A stretch of DNA of 64,000 bases. Source: Frankiaceae bacterium (GTDB lineage Bacteria > Actinomycetota > Actinomycetes > Mycobacteriales > SCTD01). This document shows, one piece after another, positions 43,732-53,425 of this stretch. The first letter of the stretch is position 1; every line of letters starts with the position of its first letter. Both the position numbers and the translations under genes were made by a program. The stretch is taken from contig JAENVS010000011.1 of assembly GCA_016650445.1 (NCBI GenBank), forward strand, positions 74,307 to 138,306. The letters are read 5' to 3'. Under the pieces are notes generated by a model. That model made no database searches. It was not told the origin of the DNA and saw nothing but the letters and a program-made list of their open reading frames with translations.

Positions 43732-44931
43732 GTGGCCCTCGAGAACAGCGCTGAGGCACCGCTCCCGGTCCGGACGGTGGCTCGCTCGATCGCGGAGTGG
43801 GTCGGCCGTCTCGGCCGGGTGTGGGTCGAGGGTCAGGTGACCCAGCTGAACAACCGGCCGGGCACGGTCTTCCTGACGTTGCGCGATCCCGTCGCCGACG
43901 TCAGCCTGTCGGTGACCTGCTCGAGAAGCGTGTACGACGGCGTCGTGCCTGCGCTCACCGAGGGAAGTCGCGTCGTCATCCACGCGCAGCCGGTGGTGCA
44001 CCTGCTCCGCGGCTCGCTGCAGCTGCAGGCGCTGGACATCCGACCGGTCGGCGTCGGTGAGCTGCTCGCGCGGCTCGAGCGCCTCAAGGGCGTGCTGCGC
44101 GCCGAGGGCCTGTTCGATGCCGATCGCAAGAAGCCGCTGCCGTTCCTGCCCCGCACTGTCGGCCTGGTCACGGGTCGGGCGAGTGCGGCGGAACGCGACG
44201 TCCTCGAGAACGCCCGGCGTCGCTGGCCGGCTGTGCGGTTCGACGTCCGCAGCGTGGCAGTGCAGGGCCACTTGGCCGTCGAGCAGTGCATCGCCGCGAT
44301 CGCCGCTCTCGACCGCGAGCCGGACGTCGACGTCATCGTCATCGCGCGCGGCGGCGGCAGCGTCGAGGATCTGCTGCCGTTCAGCGACGAGGCACTCTGC
44401 CGGGCGGTCGCGGCCTGCCGCACACCCGTGGTCAGCGCGATCGGCCACGAGCCCGACAGCCCGCTCCTCGACGCGGTCGCCGACGTCCGCTGCTCGACGC
44501 CGACCGACGCCGGCAAGCGGGTCGTGCCCGACTACGCCGAGGAGGTCACGCGGATCGTGCAGCTGCGCAACCGCGCCCGCCGGGTGGCCATCGCGGTCGT
44601 GCAGCGAGAGCTGACCCGGCTGGATGCGATGCGCAGCCGGCCGGTGCTCGCCGACCCGGGGACGCTGATCTCGGCCCGGTTCGACGACGTGCTCGGCCTT
44701 CGGGATCGCAGCCGGCGCTGCATGGGCGCCGCCCTCGACCGCGCCGGACACGACCTGCAGCACACGCGGGCACGGGTGCTTGCCCTCTCCCCCAAGTCGA
44801 CGTTGGAACGCGGGTACGCCGTCGTGCAGGACGCCACGGGCGGGATCGTCCGCGATCCCGCAGACGTGCGGGCAGGCGACCCGCTGCGCATTCGCGTGGC
44901 AAACGGTGAGCTCGAGGCAACAGTCCACTGA
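43732..44931 (+). CDS. xseA: exodeoxyribonuclease VII large subunit
   Basis: GTG start. OB-fold N-terminus [23 protein letters not shown]. Core [17 protein letters not shown]. Confidence 0.9.
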   Translation: MALENSAEAPLPVRTVARSIAEWVGRLGRVWVEGQVTQLNNRPGTVFLTLRDPVADVSLSVTCSRSVYDGVVPALTEGSRVVIHAQPVVHLLRGSLQLQALDIRPVGVGELLARLERLKGVLRAEGLFDADRKKPLPFLPRTVGLVTGRASAAERDVLENARRRWPAVRFDVRSVAVQGHLAVEQCIAAIAALDREPDVDVIVIARGGGSVEDLLPFSDEALCRAVAACRTPVVSAIGHEPDSPLLDAVADVRCSTPTDAGKRVVPDYAEEVTRIVQLRNRARRVAIAVVQRELTRLDAMRSRPVLADPGTLISARFDDVLGLRDRSRRCMGAALDRAGHDLQHTRARVLALSPKSTLERGYAVVQDATGGIVRDPADVRAGDPLRIRVANGELEATVH

Positions 44932-45046
44932 ACGTCTCGGCGCGTGACCACGCACGGAGTCTTGCGACCCGAACGCCGCAGATTCATCCGTACGGCGGTC
45001 CGAGAAGTGCGCCTAGAGGCACCGTCCTCCGAGCCCGCTGGCCAAC

Positions 45047-46654
45047 TCAGGCGCTGCCGAGACCAAGCTCCTCGAGGTCGAGCTGCTGCTGCACGCGTCC
45101 GAGCACCTCGTCGTCGATGTCGCGCGCGGAGTAGAGCCGCAGCAGCTCGGCCCGCTCGGCGTCGAGGAGCCGGCGGCGCAGCTGGACCGTGGTGAGGGCG
45201 TCACGCAGCACGTTGGCGTCGTCGTCGCGCGCCCCGTCGTCGTACTCGTCCTCGCCGGGGCACCCGCCGAGGATCGCGTGCGCCCGGCGCACTCGCTCCT
45301 CGAGATGACCGCGCAGCTCGTCGACGACGGCGACGGGGACGCGTTCCTCGTCGGCGACGCGCAACAGCTCGCCGAGTGCGACGCGCGCGACGTGGTGGTC
45401 CGCGATCGCCACCTCCCGTTCGGTCCGCTCAGCCGCGCCTGCGTCGTCCAGGCCGAGCCGGCGGACCACCCAAGGCAGTGTCAGCCCCTGCAGCAGCAGG
45501 GTCGCCAGGATCACGCAGAAGGTCACGAACAGGATCAGGTCGCGGCCGGGCATCCGCTCGGGCAGCGCGAAGGCCGCCGCCAGCGACACGACGCCACGCA
45601 TCCCAGCCCAGCTGATGACGGCGGGCCCTTGCCAGGGCGGCGCCGGGTCTCGTTCGCGCAGCCGCCGGCTGAGCCGTCGAGGCAGGTACGTCGCCGGGAA
45701 GACCCATGCAAACCGCGTCACGACGACGGCGGCCGTCACCGACACGGCCGTCAGTGCCACATCGGTCGGGTCGAGTCCGGACAGCCCGTCGAGGATCGTC
45801 GTGAGCTGCAAGCCGATCAGCGCGAACACGAGTCCCTCGAGGACGAACGTGATCATCGACCACAGCGCTTGGCTCTGGATCCGCGTGCTCGACGACAGCA
45901 ACGTCGGCGACCGGCGGCCGATGTAGAGACCGACGACGACGACGGACAACACACCGGAGGCGTGCACCTGCTCCGCGGCGAGGTACGCCCCGAAGGGCGT
46001 GAGCAGCGACAGCGTGTTCTCGAGCAGCGGGTCGTCGAGCCGCCGTCGAAGGGCGGCGATCAGCCATCCCAGGGCGAGGCCGATGACGGCCCCACCGGCA
46101 GCGGCAAGGAAGAACTGCCCGACCGCGTCGCCCCAGCTGGTGCCGCCCGCCAGCGCCGCGGCGACCGCGATCCGGTACGACACCAGCGCGGTCGCGTCGT
46201 TGAGAAGGCTCTCGCCCTCCAGGATCGTGAGCACCCTGCGTGGCAGCGCCATGCGCCGCGCGACCGCCGTGGCCGCGATCGCGTCCGGCGGAGCGACGAT
46301 GGCGCCGAGCGCGAAGGCTGCCGGCAGCGGCAGCTCGGGCAGCACCCAATGCGCCACCAGCCCCACGACGGCGGTGGTCACGAGCACGAGCCCGACGGAC
46401 AGCAGCCCGATCGGCCGCAGGTTGTCGCGGAAGTCAGCGAAGGCTGTGCTCAGCGCCGCGGCGTAGAGCAGCGGCGGCAGGATCAGCACAAGCACGATGT
46501 CGGGGTCGAGCTCGACGTGCGGTGTGCCGGGTACGAAGCCGGCGACCAGCCCGACGACGACGAGAGCGAACGGCGCGGGCACACCGATGCGCCGCGCCAG
46601 ACCCGACACGACGGCGACCGACGCGACGAGCACCAGCAGCACGTCGAAGGACAT
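45047..46654 (-). CDS. Na+/H+ antiporter (CPA1/NhaP-type) with cytoplasmic C-terminal domain
   Basis: 535 aa. About 12 hydrophobic helices followed by a ~130-aa soluble tail. Its ATG overlaps the GNAT stop (TGATG). Confidence 0.85.
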   Translation of the reverse strand: MSFDVLLVLVASVAVVSGLARRIGVPAPFALVVVGLVAGFVPGTPHVELDPDIVLVLILPPLLYAAALSTAFADFRDNLRPIGLLSVGLVLVTTAVVGLVAHWVLPELPLPAAFALGAIVAPPDAIAATAVARRMALPRRVLTILEGESLLNDATALVSYRIAVAAALAGGTSWGDAVGQFFLAAAGGAVIGLALGWLIAALRRRLDDPLLENTLSLLTPFGAYLAAEQVHASGVLSVVVVGLYIGRRSPTLLSSSTRIQSQALWSMITFVLEGLVFALIGLQLTTILDGLSGLDPTDVALTAVSVTAAVVVTRFAWVFPATYLPRRLSRRLRERDPAPPWQGPAVISWAGMRGVVSLAAAFALPERMPGRDLILFVTFCVILATLLLQGLTLPWVVRRLGLDDAGAAERTEREVAIADHHVARVALGELLRVADEERVPVAVVDELRGHLEERVRRAHAILGGCPGEDEYDDGARDDDANVLRDALTTVQLRRRLLDAERAELLRLYSARDIDDEVLGRVQQQLDLEELGLGSA

Positions 46655-47139
46655 CAGCGCCCAGGCATCCCAGGACGAACGCCGGGTGCGGTCCAGGCCA
46701 TCGTGGCGCCACCGAGCACGCGGAACCCGAAGGACTCGTAGAGGCCGCGACCGTCATCGGTCGCCCGCAGGTCGACCCGCGGAACGCCCTGCTCCGCGAA
46801 CCAGCCCATGAGACCGGCGAACACCTGCCGCGCATAGCCCCGGCGCTTCCACTCGACCTCCGTGCTCATCGAGGCGATGTGCCCGCGGCGTCCGTCGAAC
46901 TGACCGGGCGACGGCAGGTGCTCCTCGAGCCACCCCGCACCGCACGACACGAGGCGGCCGGCCTCCTCGACCCCGAACGCGACGAAGTCCGGCTCGGTCA
47001 GCCGCCGCCGGAACGACGCCTCGCAGGCCACCCGCCACTCGTCCGGCAGCGACGCCGCGCCCATCGCGAGGTGCATGAGGCCGCGCAGCCGGGTCAGGTC
47101 CTCGGCGTCGGCGGGCGTCGCGCGCCGTAGGGTGCCCAC
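46654..47139 (-). CDS. GNAT family N-acetyltransferase
   Basis: 161 aa. Acetyl-CoA binding segment [23 protein letters not shown] start at 47139. Confidence 0.8.
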   Translation of the reverse strand: MGTLRRATPADAEDLTRLRGLMHLAMGAASLPDEWRVACEASFRRRLTEPDFVAFGVEEAGRLVSCGAGWLEEHLPSPGQFDGRRGHIASMSTEVEWKRRGYARQVFAGLMGWFAEQGVPRVDLRATDDGRGLYESFGFRVLGGATMAWTAPGVRPGMPGR

Positions 47140-47370
47140 GTGGCCCAGTCTGCCAGTGAGATGCCTGCCAGCCCCTCCTACGAGGCTGCCCGCGACGAGC
47201 TCGCCGACGTCGTACGCCGGCTGGAGGCGGGCGGGACCAGCCTCGAGGAGTCACTCGCACTGTGGGAGCGCGGCGAGGCGCTGGCGCGCACGTGCCAGGA
47301 GTGGCTCGACGGCGCGAAGGCGCGGCTCGACGCGGCCCTAGGGAGCGAGTCGTCCCGCGAGGACGCGTAG
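47140..47370 (+). CDS. xseB: exodeoxyribonuclease VII small subunit (start may be ATG 47161)
   Basis: [44 protein letters not shown] is the typical XseB helical hairpin. Confidence 0.8.
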   Translation: MAQSASEMPASPSYEAARDELADVVRRLEAGGTSLEESLALWERGEALARTCQEWLDGAKARLDAALGSESSREDA

Positions 47371-47859
47371 CTCAGCCAGGTCGGCCGTGTCGCGAAGGGT
47401 GCCGAGCACGACCGTCGTCGCGCCGTAGCTGCGGACCAGTGAGATCGCCTTGTCCTGCCGGTACTCCGTCCACGCGCTGCCCTCGATGTCGACGGTGCCG
47501 GCGCGCGGTGCGCCGGCGGTGATGTCGGTCAGGAACGTCTCGGTCGGCTTCGACGCGGCGGCGTACTCGGCGTACTCGCCTTTCGGTGTGACCCAGCCGA
47601 CGCGCAGGAGCCCGCTGCGGGCGTCGTACTCCGAGACGGTCGTACGCCAGCCCCTCGGCAGGTCGCGGGGGACGACGGAGCCCGGCACGGCTGTCGCGAA
47701 GGCCTGGATCGCGTCCGTGGAGTCGACGACGCGAATGCTCTTCTCGTCGCTCGACGGCGCCCGCGCGAAGAAGAAGACCGCACCCACCATGAGCAGTACG
47801 AGCCCCAGCGAGCGCACCATGTCGCCCGCGGACTCGCGCCCGCGTTGCTTCTTCGCCAT
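47338..47859 (-). CDS. DUF4245-like membrane-anchored protein
   Basis: ORF 47338..48699 trimmed to Met281. [32 protein letters not shown] anchor plus conserved domain. Lies in the xseB-glpX neighbourhood, as in other actinobacteria. Confidence 0.7.
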   Translation of the reverse strand: MAKKQRGRESAGDMVRSLGLVLLMVGAVFFFARAPSSDEKSIRVVDSTDAIQAFATAVPGSVVPRDLPRGWRTTVSEYDARSGLLRVGWVTPKGEYAEYAAASKPTETFLTDITAGAPRAGTVDIEGSAWTEYRQDKAISLVRSYGATTVVLGTLRDTADLAELRVLAGRLAP

Positions 47860-47873
47860 CCCGACATCCTCGC

Positions 47874-49031
47874 TCAGCGGTCGGCGAGGGCCCCTGACAC
47901 ATCCGACATCGCGTCGAGGCAGGCCAGCGCCTCGTCGAGCGAGTTGTAGAAGTGCGGGGAGACCCGGATGCCCACACCAGGTCGGTGGTCGACGACGAAC
48001 CCGGCGTCGATCAGCGAGCGGTGCACCCGCTCCGCATCCCCCGGATCGATCGTGACGTGGCCGCCGCGCTGCTCGGCGGCGTGCGGTGACCTCACGGTGT
48101 AGCCGCGCTCGAGCGCAGCCTCGAGCAGTGGCTGGGTCATCGACGTCGAGCGCTCCCGGACGCGATGCATGCCGATGGCGTTCAGGGCTTCGTACGCCGG
48201 AGCCGCGGCGTACGCGGCCGAGACACCGGGAGTGCCGCCGCGGAACCGCTTCACACCGGCGCCGTACTCGAGCTCGGGGTCGAAGTCGAACGGACGGGCC
48301 GTGCCGAACCACCCGGTCGTCACCGGCTCGAGCGAGACCTCGGGTGAGACGTACATCCAGCCGTTGCCCGGGCCGCCGGACAGGTACTTGACCGAGCCGC
48401 CGACATAGACGTCGACGCCGAGGTCGACAACGTCGACCGGCACCGTGCCGGCCGCCTGATAGCCGTCGACCATCACGAGCGCGCCGACCGCGTGCGCCTT
48501 CTCGACCAGCGGCTTGACGTCGACCAGGGTCGACGTGCGGAAGAGCACGTGCGAGCACTCGACGAGCAGGGTGCGCTCGTCGATGGCGTCGACCAGTCGT
48601 TGCACGTCGAGGTGGACGCCGTCGGGCTCGCCGTCGACCACGACCGCCTCGCCGCCGAGCCGACCGATCTGCGACCAGGTGTTGAGGCTGCCGGGCCACT
48701 CCAGTGACGAGGTGACGACGCGGTTGCGCCGGCCTGACCAGTCGAGTGACGCCACGACGTCACCGAGCAGGTCGGCGACGCTCTGGCGCATCACGGTGGT
48801 CCCGGGGGGCGCGCCGATCAGCGCGCCGACGAGGTCGGCGACCCGCCAGACCTCACTCGCCCAGTCCTCCCACGCCACGACGCCCAGCTCGGCCCAGAGC
48901 CGCGTGTACTCCGCGAGCCGGTCCGCGGACCGCCGGTGCATCGCGCCGAGTGTGTGGCTGGCGAGGTAGGTCGACCGCTCGAGCACGGGGTAGTCGGCCC
49001 TCCGCTCGAGGAGGTCGTCGTGCGCCGTCAC
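47874..49031 (-). CDS. kynureninase-like class V (PLP) aminotransferase-fold enzyme
   Basis: GTG at residue 55 of ORF 47874..49193 (GTGA overlap with the upstream gene). YLASHTLGAM, MVDGYQAAG, GGSVKYLSGGPGNGWMYV (PLP-Lys context). Confidence 0.75.
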   Translation of the reverse strand: MTAHDDLLERRADYPVLERSTYLASHTLGAMHRRSADRLAEYTRLWAELGVVAWEDWASEVWRVADLVGALIGAPPGTTVMRQSVADLLGDVVASLDWSGRRNRVVTSSLEWPGSLNTWSQIGRLGGEAVVVDGEPDGVHLDVQRLVDAIDERTLLVECSHVLFRTSTLVDVKPLVEKAHAVGALVMVDGYQAAGTVPVDVVDLGVDVYVGGSVKYLSGGPGNGWMYVSPEVSLEPVTTGWFGTARPFDFDPELEYGAGVKRFRGGTPGVSAAYAAAPAYEALNAIGMHRVRERSTSMTQPLLEAALERGYTVRSPHAAEQRGGHVTIDPGDAERVHRSLIDAGFVVDHRPGVGIRVSPHFYNSLDEALACLDAMSDVSGALADR

Positions 49032-49609
49032 TCGGCGCTCTCCCACACGGAGCGCGACAGCGCGGCCGCGCCGAGCAGCGGGGCCGGGTCGATCTGCACG
49101 AGGGTCTCGGCGATCCCGCGGTCCGGCCAGCGACAGCCGACGACCAGCGGTCCAGGAGTCGGCAGCGGCCACAGCCAGTACTCGCCGTTCCACATCAGCC
49201 CCTGCTGAGCAGCCCCCAGCATCTTGAGCTGGGCGACGCCGGCCACTTCGACGTCGGGTGCGTCGCGCTGCCCTGACGTGGCGGTGCGACCATCGGAGAA
49301 CACGAGCCCGAACCGGAACCGGCCCGGGCTGCGGCTGAACTCCTGCAGCGAGTAGGCGATGTCCTCGCTTCGCGCATGGTCGGCGAAGATGACGACCACG
49401 GCGATGTGCAACCCATCCGAGTACGCCGTGATGCCGCGCACCGCCACGACCACCTCGGCCGTGCGAGCGAGCTGAAAGCTGGATAGCGCGAGCATCCCGA
49501 TCTCGTCCGCCGGCGGCCCGCTCTGCGGATGCCGGTGCAGGCGCTGCTGCTCCCAGTCGGCACCGCTGCGCGGGGCGGCGTGCAGGGCGTCGTCGTCGAA
49601 CAGGCTCAT
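49028..49609 (-). CDS. hypothetical protein (193 aa), no recognisable motif
   Basis: Met265 of ORF 49028..50401. ATGA overlap with tetR upstream and GTGA overlap with the PLP enzyme downstream. GC3-rich frame. Confidence 0.55.
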   Translation of the reverse strand: MSLFDDDALHAAPRSGADWEQQRLHRHPQSGPPADEIGMLALSSFQLARTAEVVVAVRGITAYSDGLHIAVVVIFADHARSEDIAYSLQEFSRSPGRFRFGLVFSDGRTATSGQRDAPDVEVAGVAQLKMLGAAQQGLMWNGEYWLWPLPTPGPLVVGCRWPDRGIAETLVQIDPAPLLGAAALSRSVWESAE

Positions 49610-50193
49610 GGGGTGCCGATCCGCGCGATGAGGGCGAGCACGTCGGCGGCGAGGCGGTGGGCGGCCTCCTCGTCCTCGCACACGGCGACCTCGTGGCCCG
49701 CCTCGCTGATGACCGTCGTCAGCACGAGCACGAGCGCATCTCCCCAGGGCTCGGCGCTGTCGACGCGCAGCAGCGTCGCGTTGCGCGCGGTCCACTCGCG
49801 GTAGCGGCGACGCGCCACGAGCTCGAACCCGGGCGGCCCGCCGCCCGCGAGGAAGAGGCGGGCGAGGTCGCGCTCGGTCCAGCAGCCGTCGAGATAGGCT
49901 TGCGAGCCCGCGACGAAGAGCGAGACCGGATCGGACTCGCCGGTGTGCCGGGCCTCCCGGACGGCCGTCGCCGCACGCGCCTCCTGGCGCTGCTGGTAGT
50001 CCTCGAAGAGCGCGAGGTAAAGCTCGCCCTTGCCCCCGAAGTGGTGGTAGAGGCTGCCGACGCTCGCGCCCGCCCGGGTGACGACGTCGGCGATCGACGC
50101 CTCGGCGAAGCCGGAGCCGCTGAACACCTCGCGCGCAGCGTCGAGCAGCCCGCCGCGGGTGGTCGCGGCGCGCCCCGTCGTACGCAGGCTCAC
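49606..50193 (-). CDS. TetR family transcriptional regulator
   Basis: GTG 50193 lies 7 nt after AGGAGG. HTH region TRGGLLDAAREVFSGSGFAEASIADVVTRAGASVGSLYHHFGGKGELY. Confidence 0.85.
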   Translation of the reverse strand: MSLRTTGRAATTRGGLLDAAREVFSGSGFAEASIADVVTRAGASVGSLYHHFGGKGELYLALFEDYQQRQEARAATAVREARHTGESDPVSLFVAGSQAYLDGCWTERDLARLFLAGGGPPGFELVARRRYREWTARNATLLRVDSAEPWGDALVLVLTTVISEAGHEVAVCEDEEAAHRLAADVLALIARIGTP

Positions 50194-50210
50194 CGGCCCA
50201 CCTCCTGGAT

Positions 50211-50813
50211 TCACGGACCCGCCTCCGAGAACGGCACGCGGCTCCTCGTACTGACCTGGCCGATGGTGGACCACTCGTTGGCACCGAGGCGCGCGACCGG
50301 CTTGAGCAGGTCGATCGCCGGCCGGTCATCACGCAGTGCTGCCTCTGCAACCGCGAGATGCACGACCTCGCCGAACACGACCGTGCACTCGCCGAAGACA
50401 TGCGTGCCCACCAGGCGGCACTCGATCGCGACCGGCGACTCCGCCACCCGGAACGGCGCCACCTTCAACGACGGCTCGCGCGTCAGCCCGACCGCGTCGA
50501 ACTCCGAGATCTCCGGGGGGTAGTCGGTCCCGGTTGCGTTGACCTTCTCGATGAGCTCCTCGGTGCACAGCGAGACGACGAACTCCTTCGTGGCGAGGAC
50601 GTTGCGCAGGCTGTCCTTGGTGCGCACCGACGTGAACTGCACGACACCAGGGTCCACCCCCGCGACGGTGAAGAACGAGTGGGGCGCGAGGTTGTCGACG
50701 CCATCCGCAGACCGGGTCGAGATCCAGGCGATGGGGCGGGGTACGACGACGCTGGTGAGCAGCGGGTAGATCTTCCGGCCCAGGGCGGCGGGGTCGAAGT
50801 CGCGTCGCTGCAC
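50211..50813 (-). CDS. flavin reductase-like FMN-binding protein
   Basis: VVPRPIAWISTRSADGVDNLAPHSFFTV is typical of the split-barrel flavin reductase family. Confidence 0.85.
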   Translation of the reverse strand: MQRRDFDPAALGRKIYPLLTSVVVPRPIAWISTRSADGVDNLAPHSFFTVAGVDPGVVQFTSVRTKDSLRNVLATKEFVVSLCTEELIEKVNATGTDYPPEISEFDAVGLTREPSLKVAPFRVAESPVAIECRLVGTHVFGECTVVFGEVVHLAVAEAALRDDRPAIDLLKPVARLGANEWSTIGQVSTRSRVPFSEAGP

Positions 50814-50884
50814 GCGGCCACTGTGCCATTGCGGCGGGATGCCCCGAAACGGGCCGCCCCCTGGCCGGTGCGTAGGCTCCGCGC

Positions 50885-51604
50885 ATGAGGCGCGTGCCCG
50901 CTGCCGTTCTGGCGGCCATCGCCTTCACCGGCGGGTGTAGCAGCGACAGCGCGTCGGGCGCACGGACGCTCACCGTCTTCGCTGCGTCGTCCTTGACCGC
51001 CGTGCTGACGGCAGAGGGGCGGGCCTTCGAGACGGCGCATCCCGGCCTGCAGGTGCGCTACTCGTTCGCGGGGTCACAGGCGCTCGTCGCGCAGCTCAAG
51101 CAAGGCGCTCCGGCCGACGTCCTCGCCACAGCGGACACGGCGACCATGGCGTCGTCAGGGCTGGCCGACTCCAGGGTGTTCGCGCGCAACCGGCTTGCCA
51201 TCATCACGGCGCCGAGCAACCCCGAGCGGGTCACGACGCTGTCCGACCTGGGCCGCAAGGGCCTGCGCATCGTCCTCGCCGGGCCGTCCGTGCCGGTGGG
51301 GAAGGCAGCCCGCGAGGCGCTCGCCGACGCCGGTGTCACGGTGGAGCCGGTATCGCTCGAGCAGGACGTCAAGGGCGTCGTCAGCAAGGTCCGGCTCGGG
51401 GAGGCCGACGCGGGTATCGCCTACGTGACCGACGTCAAAGCCGCCCGCGGCGCCGTCGCGGGCACGGAGCTGTCACAGATCAGCAACAGCTATGCCGTGG
51501 CCGTGGTGAAGGACAGCGACGCCGCGCGGGCCTTCACCGACTTCCTGCTCTCGGCGGAGAGCCGGTCGACGCTCGCGTCGTTCGGCTTCCTGCCGCCGTC
51601 ATGA
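50885..51604 (+). CDS. modA: molybdate ABC transporter substrate-binding lipoprotein
   Basis: Lipobox AFTGGC. LTVFAASSLT, FAGSQALVAQLKQGAPADVLATAD. Confidence 0.88.
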   Translation: MRRVPAAVLAAIAFTGGCSSDSASGARTLTVFAASSLTAVLTAEGRAFETAHPGLQVRYSFAGSQALVAQLKQGAPADVLATADTATMASSGLADSRVFARNRLAIITAPSNPERVTTLSDLGRKGLRIVLAGPSVPVGKAAREALADAGVTVEPVSLEQDVKGVVSKVRLGEADAGIAYVTDVKAARGAVAGTELSQISNSYAVAVVKDSDAARAFTDFLLSAESRSTLASFGFLPPS

Positions 51605-52380
51605 GCAGACCGACGCGGCGCACTCCGCTGCTGCTTGCCGGGCCGGCCGTTCTGGCTCTGCTGATCGTCGTCCTGCCGCTGATCGCCCTGCTGAGCCGGA
51701 CGCCGTGGACGCGGCTGCCGGAGCTGCTCGGCACGGACGCGGTCCGCGAGGCAATGTGGTTGTCGGTCCGGTGCACCGCCGCAGCGGTCGTGCTCACGCT
51801 GCTCGCGGGTGTCCCCCTCGCGTGGGTGCTGGCCCGGTCGACGCTTCCCGGCCGACGACTGCTGCGCGCGCTCGTGACGGTTCCGCTCGTGCTGCCGCCG
51901 GTCGTCGGCGGCGTCGCGCTCCTGCTCGCCTTCGGGCGGCATGGTGTGCTCGGACCGCTGCTCGTCGAGACCGGCACCGTGCCCGCGTTCACGCCGTACG
52001 GTGTCGTCCTGGCCGAGGCCTTCGTCGCCATGCCGTTCCTGGTGCTCACAGTCGAGGGCGCGTTGTCCGGACTCGACCGGGGGCAGGAGGACGTCGCCGC
52101 GACGCTCGGCGCCGGACCGCTGCGGACCCTTCTCACGGTGACGCTCCCGACGATCGGGCCCTCGGTCGCGGCCGGCACCGCTCTCGCCGCCGCGCGCGCT
52201 CTTGGCGAGTTCGGCGCGACCATCACGTTCGCGGGGAGCCTGCCCGGCGCGACGCAGACAGTGCCGCTCGCGGTCTACCAGCTCCTCGAGGACGATCCGC
52301 CCGCGGCGTACGCGCTGTCCGCCGTACTCCTGCTGTTCAGCCTCGCGCTGATCGCGAGCCTGCGGGCGAGGCTGCGGTGA
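51601..52380 (+). CDS. modB: molybdate ABC transporter permease
   Basis: ATGA overlap with modA. Multi-TM. Conserved loop AARALGEFGATITFAG. Confidence 0.88.
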   Translation: MSRPTRRTPLLLAGPAVLALLIVVLPLIALLSRTPWTRLPELLGTDAVREAMWLSVRCTAAAVVLTLLAGVPLAWVLARSTLPGRRLLRALVTVPLVLPPVVGGVALLLAFGRHGVLGPLLVETGTVPAFTPYGVVLAEAFVAMPFLVLTVEGALSGLDRGQEDVAATLGAGPLRTLLTVTLPTIGPSVAAGTALAAARALGEFGATITFAGSLPGATQTVPLAVYQLLEDDPPAAYALSAVLLLFSLALIASLRARLR

Positions 52381-53396
52381 GAGCCAGCATCCAGACGCCG
52401 TGGGTGACGGCAGACGTGCGCGCGGAGCCGGGCGAGGTCGTGGCCGTCATCGGACCCAACGGCGCCGGCAAGTCGACGCTGCTGCGGGCGCTCGCCGGGT
52501 TGCAGCCCGCCACGGGCAGCATCCTGCTCGGCGACCGCGACGTCATCGGGTTGCCGGCCGCGGACCGCGGCATCGGCTGGATGCCGCAGGAGCGGCTGCT
52601 GTTCGAGCGCAAGACCGCACTCGCCAACGCTGCCTACGGGCTCCGTGCCCGCGGTGTCGGGCGCCGGGCCGCCCGCCGCACTGCCCAGGAGTGGCTGGAC
52701 CGGCTCGGTGTGGGACACCTGTCGGCACGTCGGCCGGCTCAGCTCTCGGGCGGCCAGGCAGCCCGGGTGGCACTGGCGAGGGCGCTCGCGCCGGCGCCCC
52801 AGCTGCTGCTCCTCGACGAGCCCCTCGCGGCGCTGGACGCCGGTACGCGTGACGACATCCGCCGGGTCCTGCGCAGCACCCTGACGCGCGGGCCTGCGGC
52901 GACGATCGTGGTCACGCATGACGTCGTCGACGTGATCGCCCTCGCCGATCGCGTCCTCGTCCTCGAGGGTGGCCGGCTGATGCAGGACGCGACCCCGGCA
53001 GCGGTCACGGCAGCACCGGCGACGGCCTGGGTCGCCCGACTGCTCGGCAAGAACGCCTGGCGAGGCACGACCGACGCCACGGGGCTGCTCGTGGACGGGG
53101 GCGGGCATGTGACCGCCGCCGAACCTCGAAGTGCGGGCCGTGCTGCGCTGGCGTTGGCCGAGCCGTCCGCGGTGACGCTGCACCGCAAGCGTCCCGAGGG
53201 CAGTGCGCGCACGGTCATCGAAGGAGCCGTCGCCGAGCTGCGACCGCTCGGCGGCCGCGTCCGCGTCCTGGTCCACGGCCAGCCCGATGTCACCGCCGAG
53301 GTGACCGCGGCGGCCGCCGCCGAACTCCACCTTGCCGACGGTGGTCCGGTGTTCGCGAGCCTCAAGGCCACCGAGGTCACGATCGTGGACGTGTAG
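52377..53396 (+). CDS. modC: molybdate ABC transporter ATP-binding protein with C-terminal TOBE-like domain
   Basis: GTGA overlap with modB. Walker A GPNGAGKST, signature LSGGQAARV, Walker B LLLLDEP. Confidence 0.85.
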   Translation: MRASIQTPWVTADVRAEPGEVVAVIGPNGAGKSTLLRALAGLQPATGSILLGDRDVIGLPAADRGIGWMPQERLLFERKTALANAAYGLRARGVGRRAARRTAQEWLDRLGVGHLSARRPAQLSGGQAARVALARALAPAPQLLLLDEPLAALDAGTRDDIRRVLRSTLTRGPAATIVVTHDVVDVIALADRVLVLEGGRLMQDATPAAVTAAPATAWVARLLGKNAWRGTTDATGLLVDGGGHVTAAEPRSAGRAALALAEPSAVTLHRKRPEGSARTVIEGAVAELRPLGGRVRVLVHGQPDVTAEVTAAAAAELHLADGGPVFASLKATEVTIVDV

Positions 53397-53425
53397 GAAC
53401 GGCCCGCGATGACTAGGGTTCGACC

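Noticed and set aside
50814-50884. Molybdenum-cofactor riboswitch upstream of modA
   Set aside because: The gap is only 71 nt, too short for the ~130-nt Moco motif, and I could not see its conserved helices.
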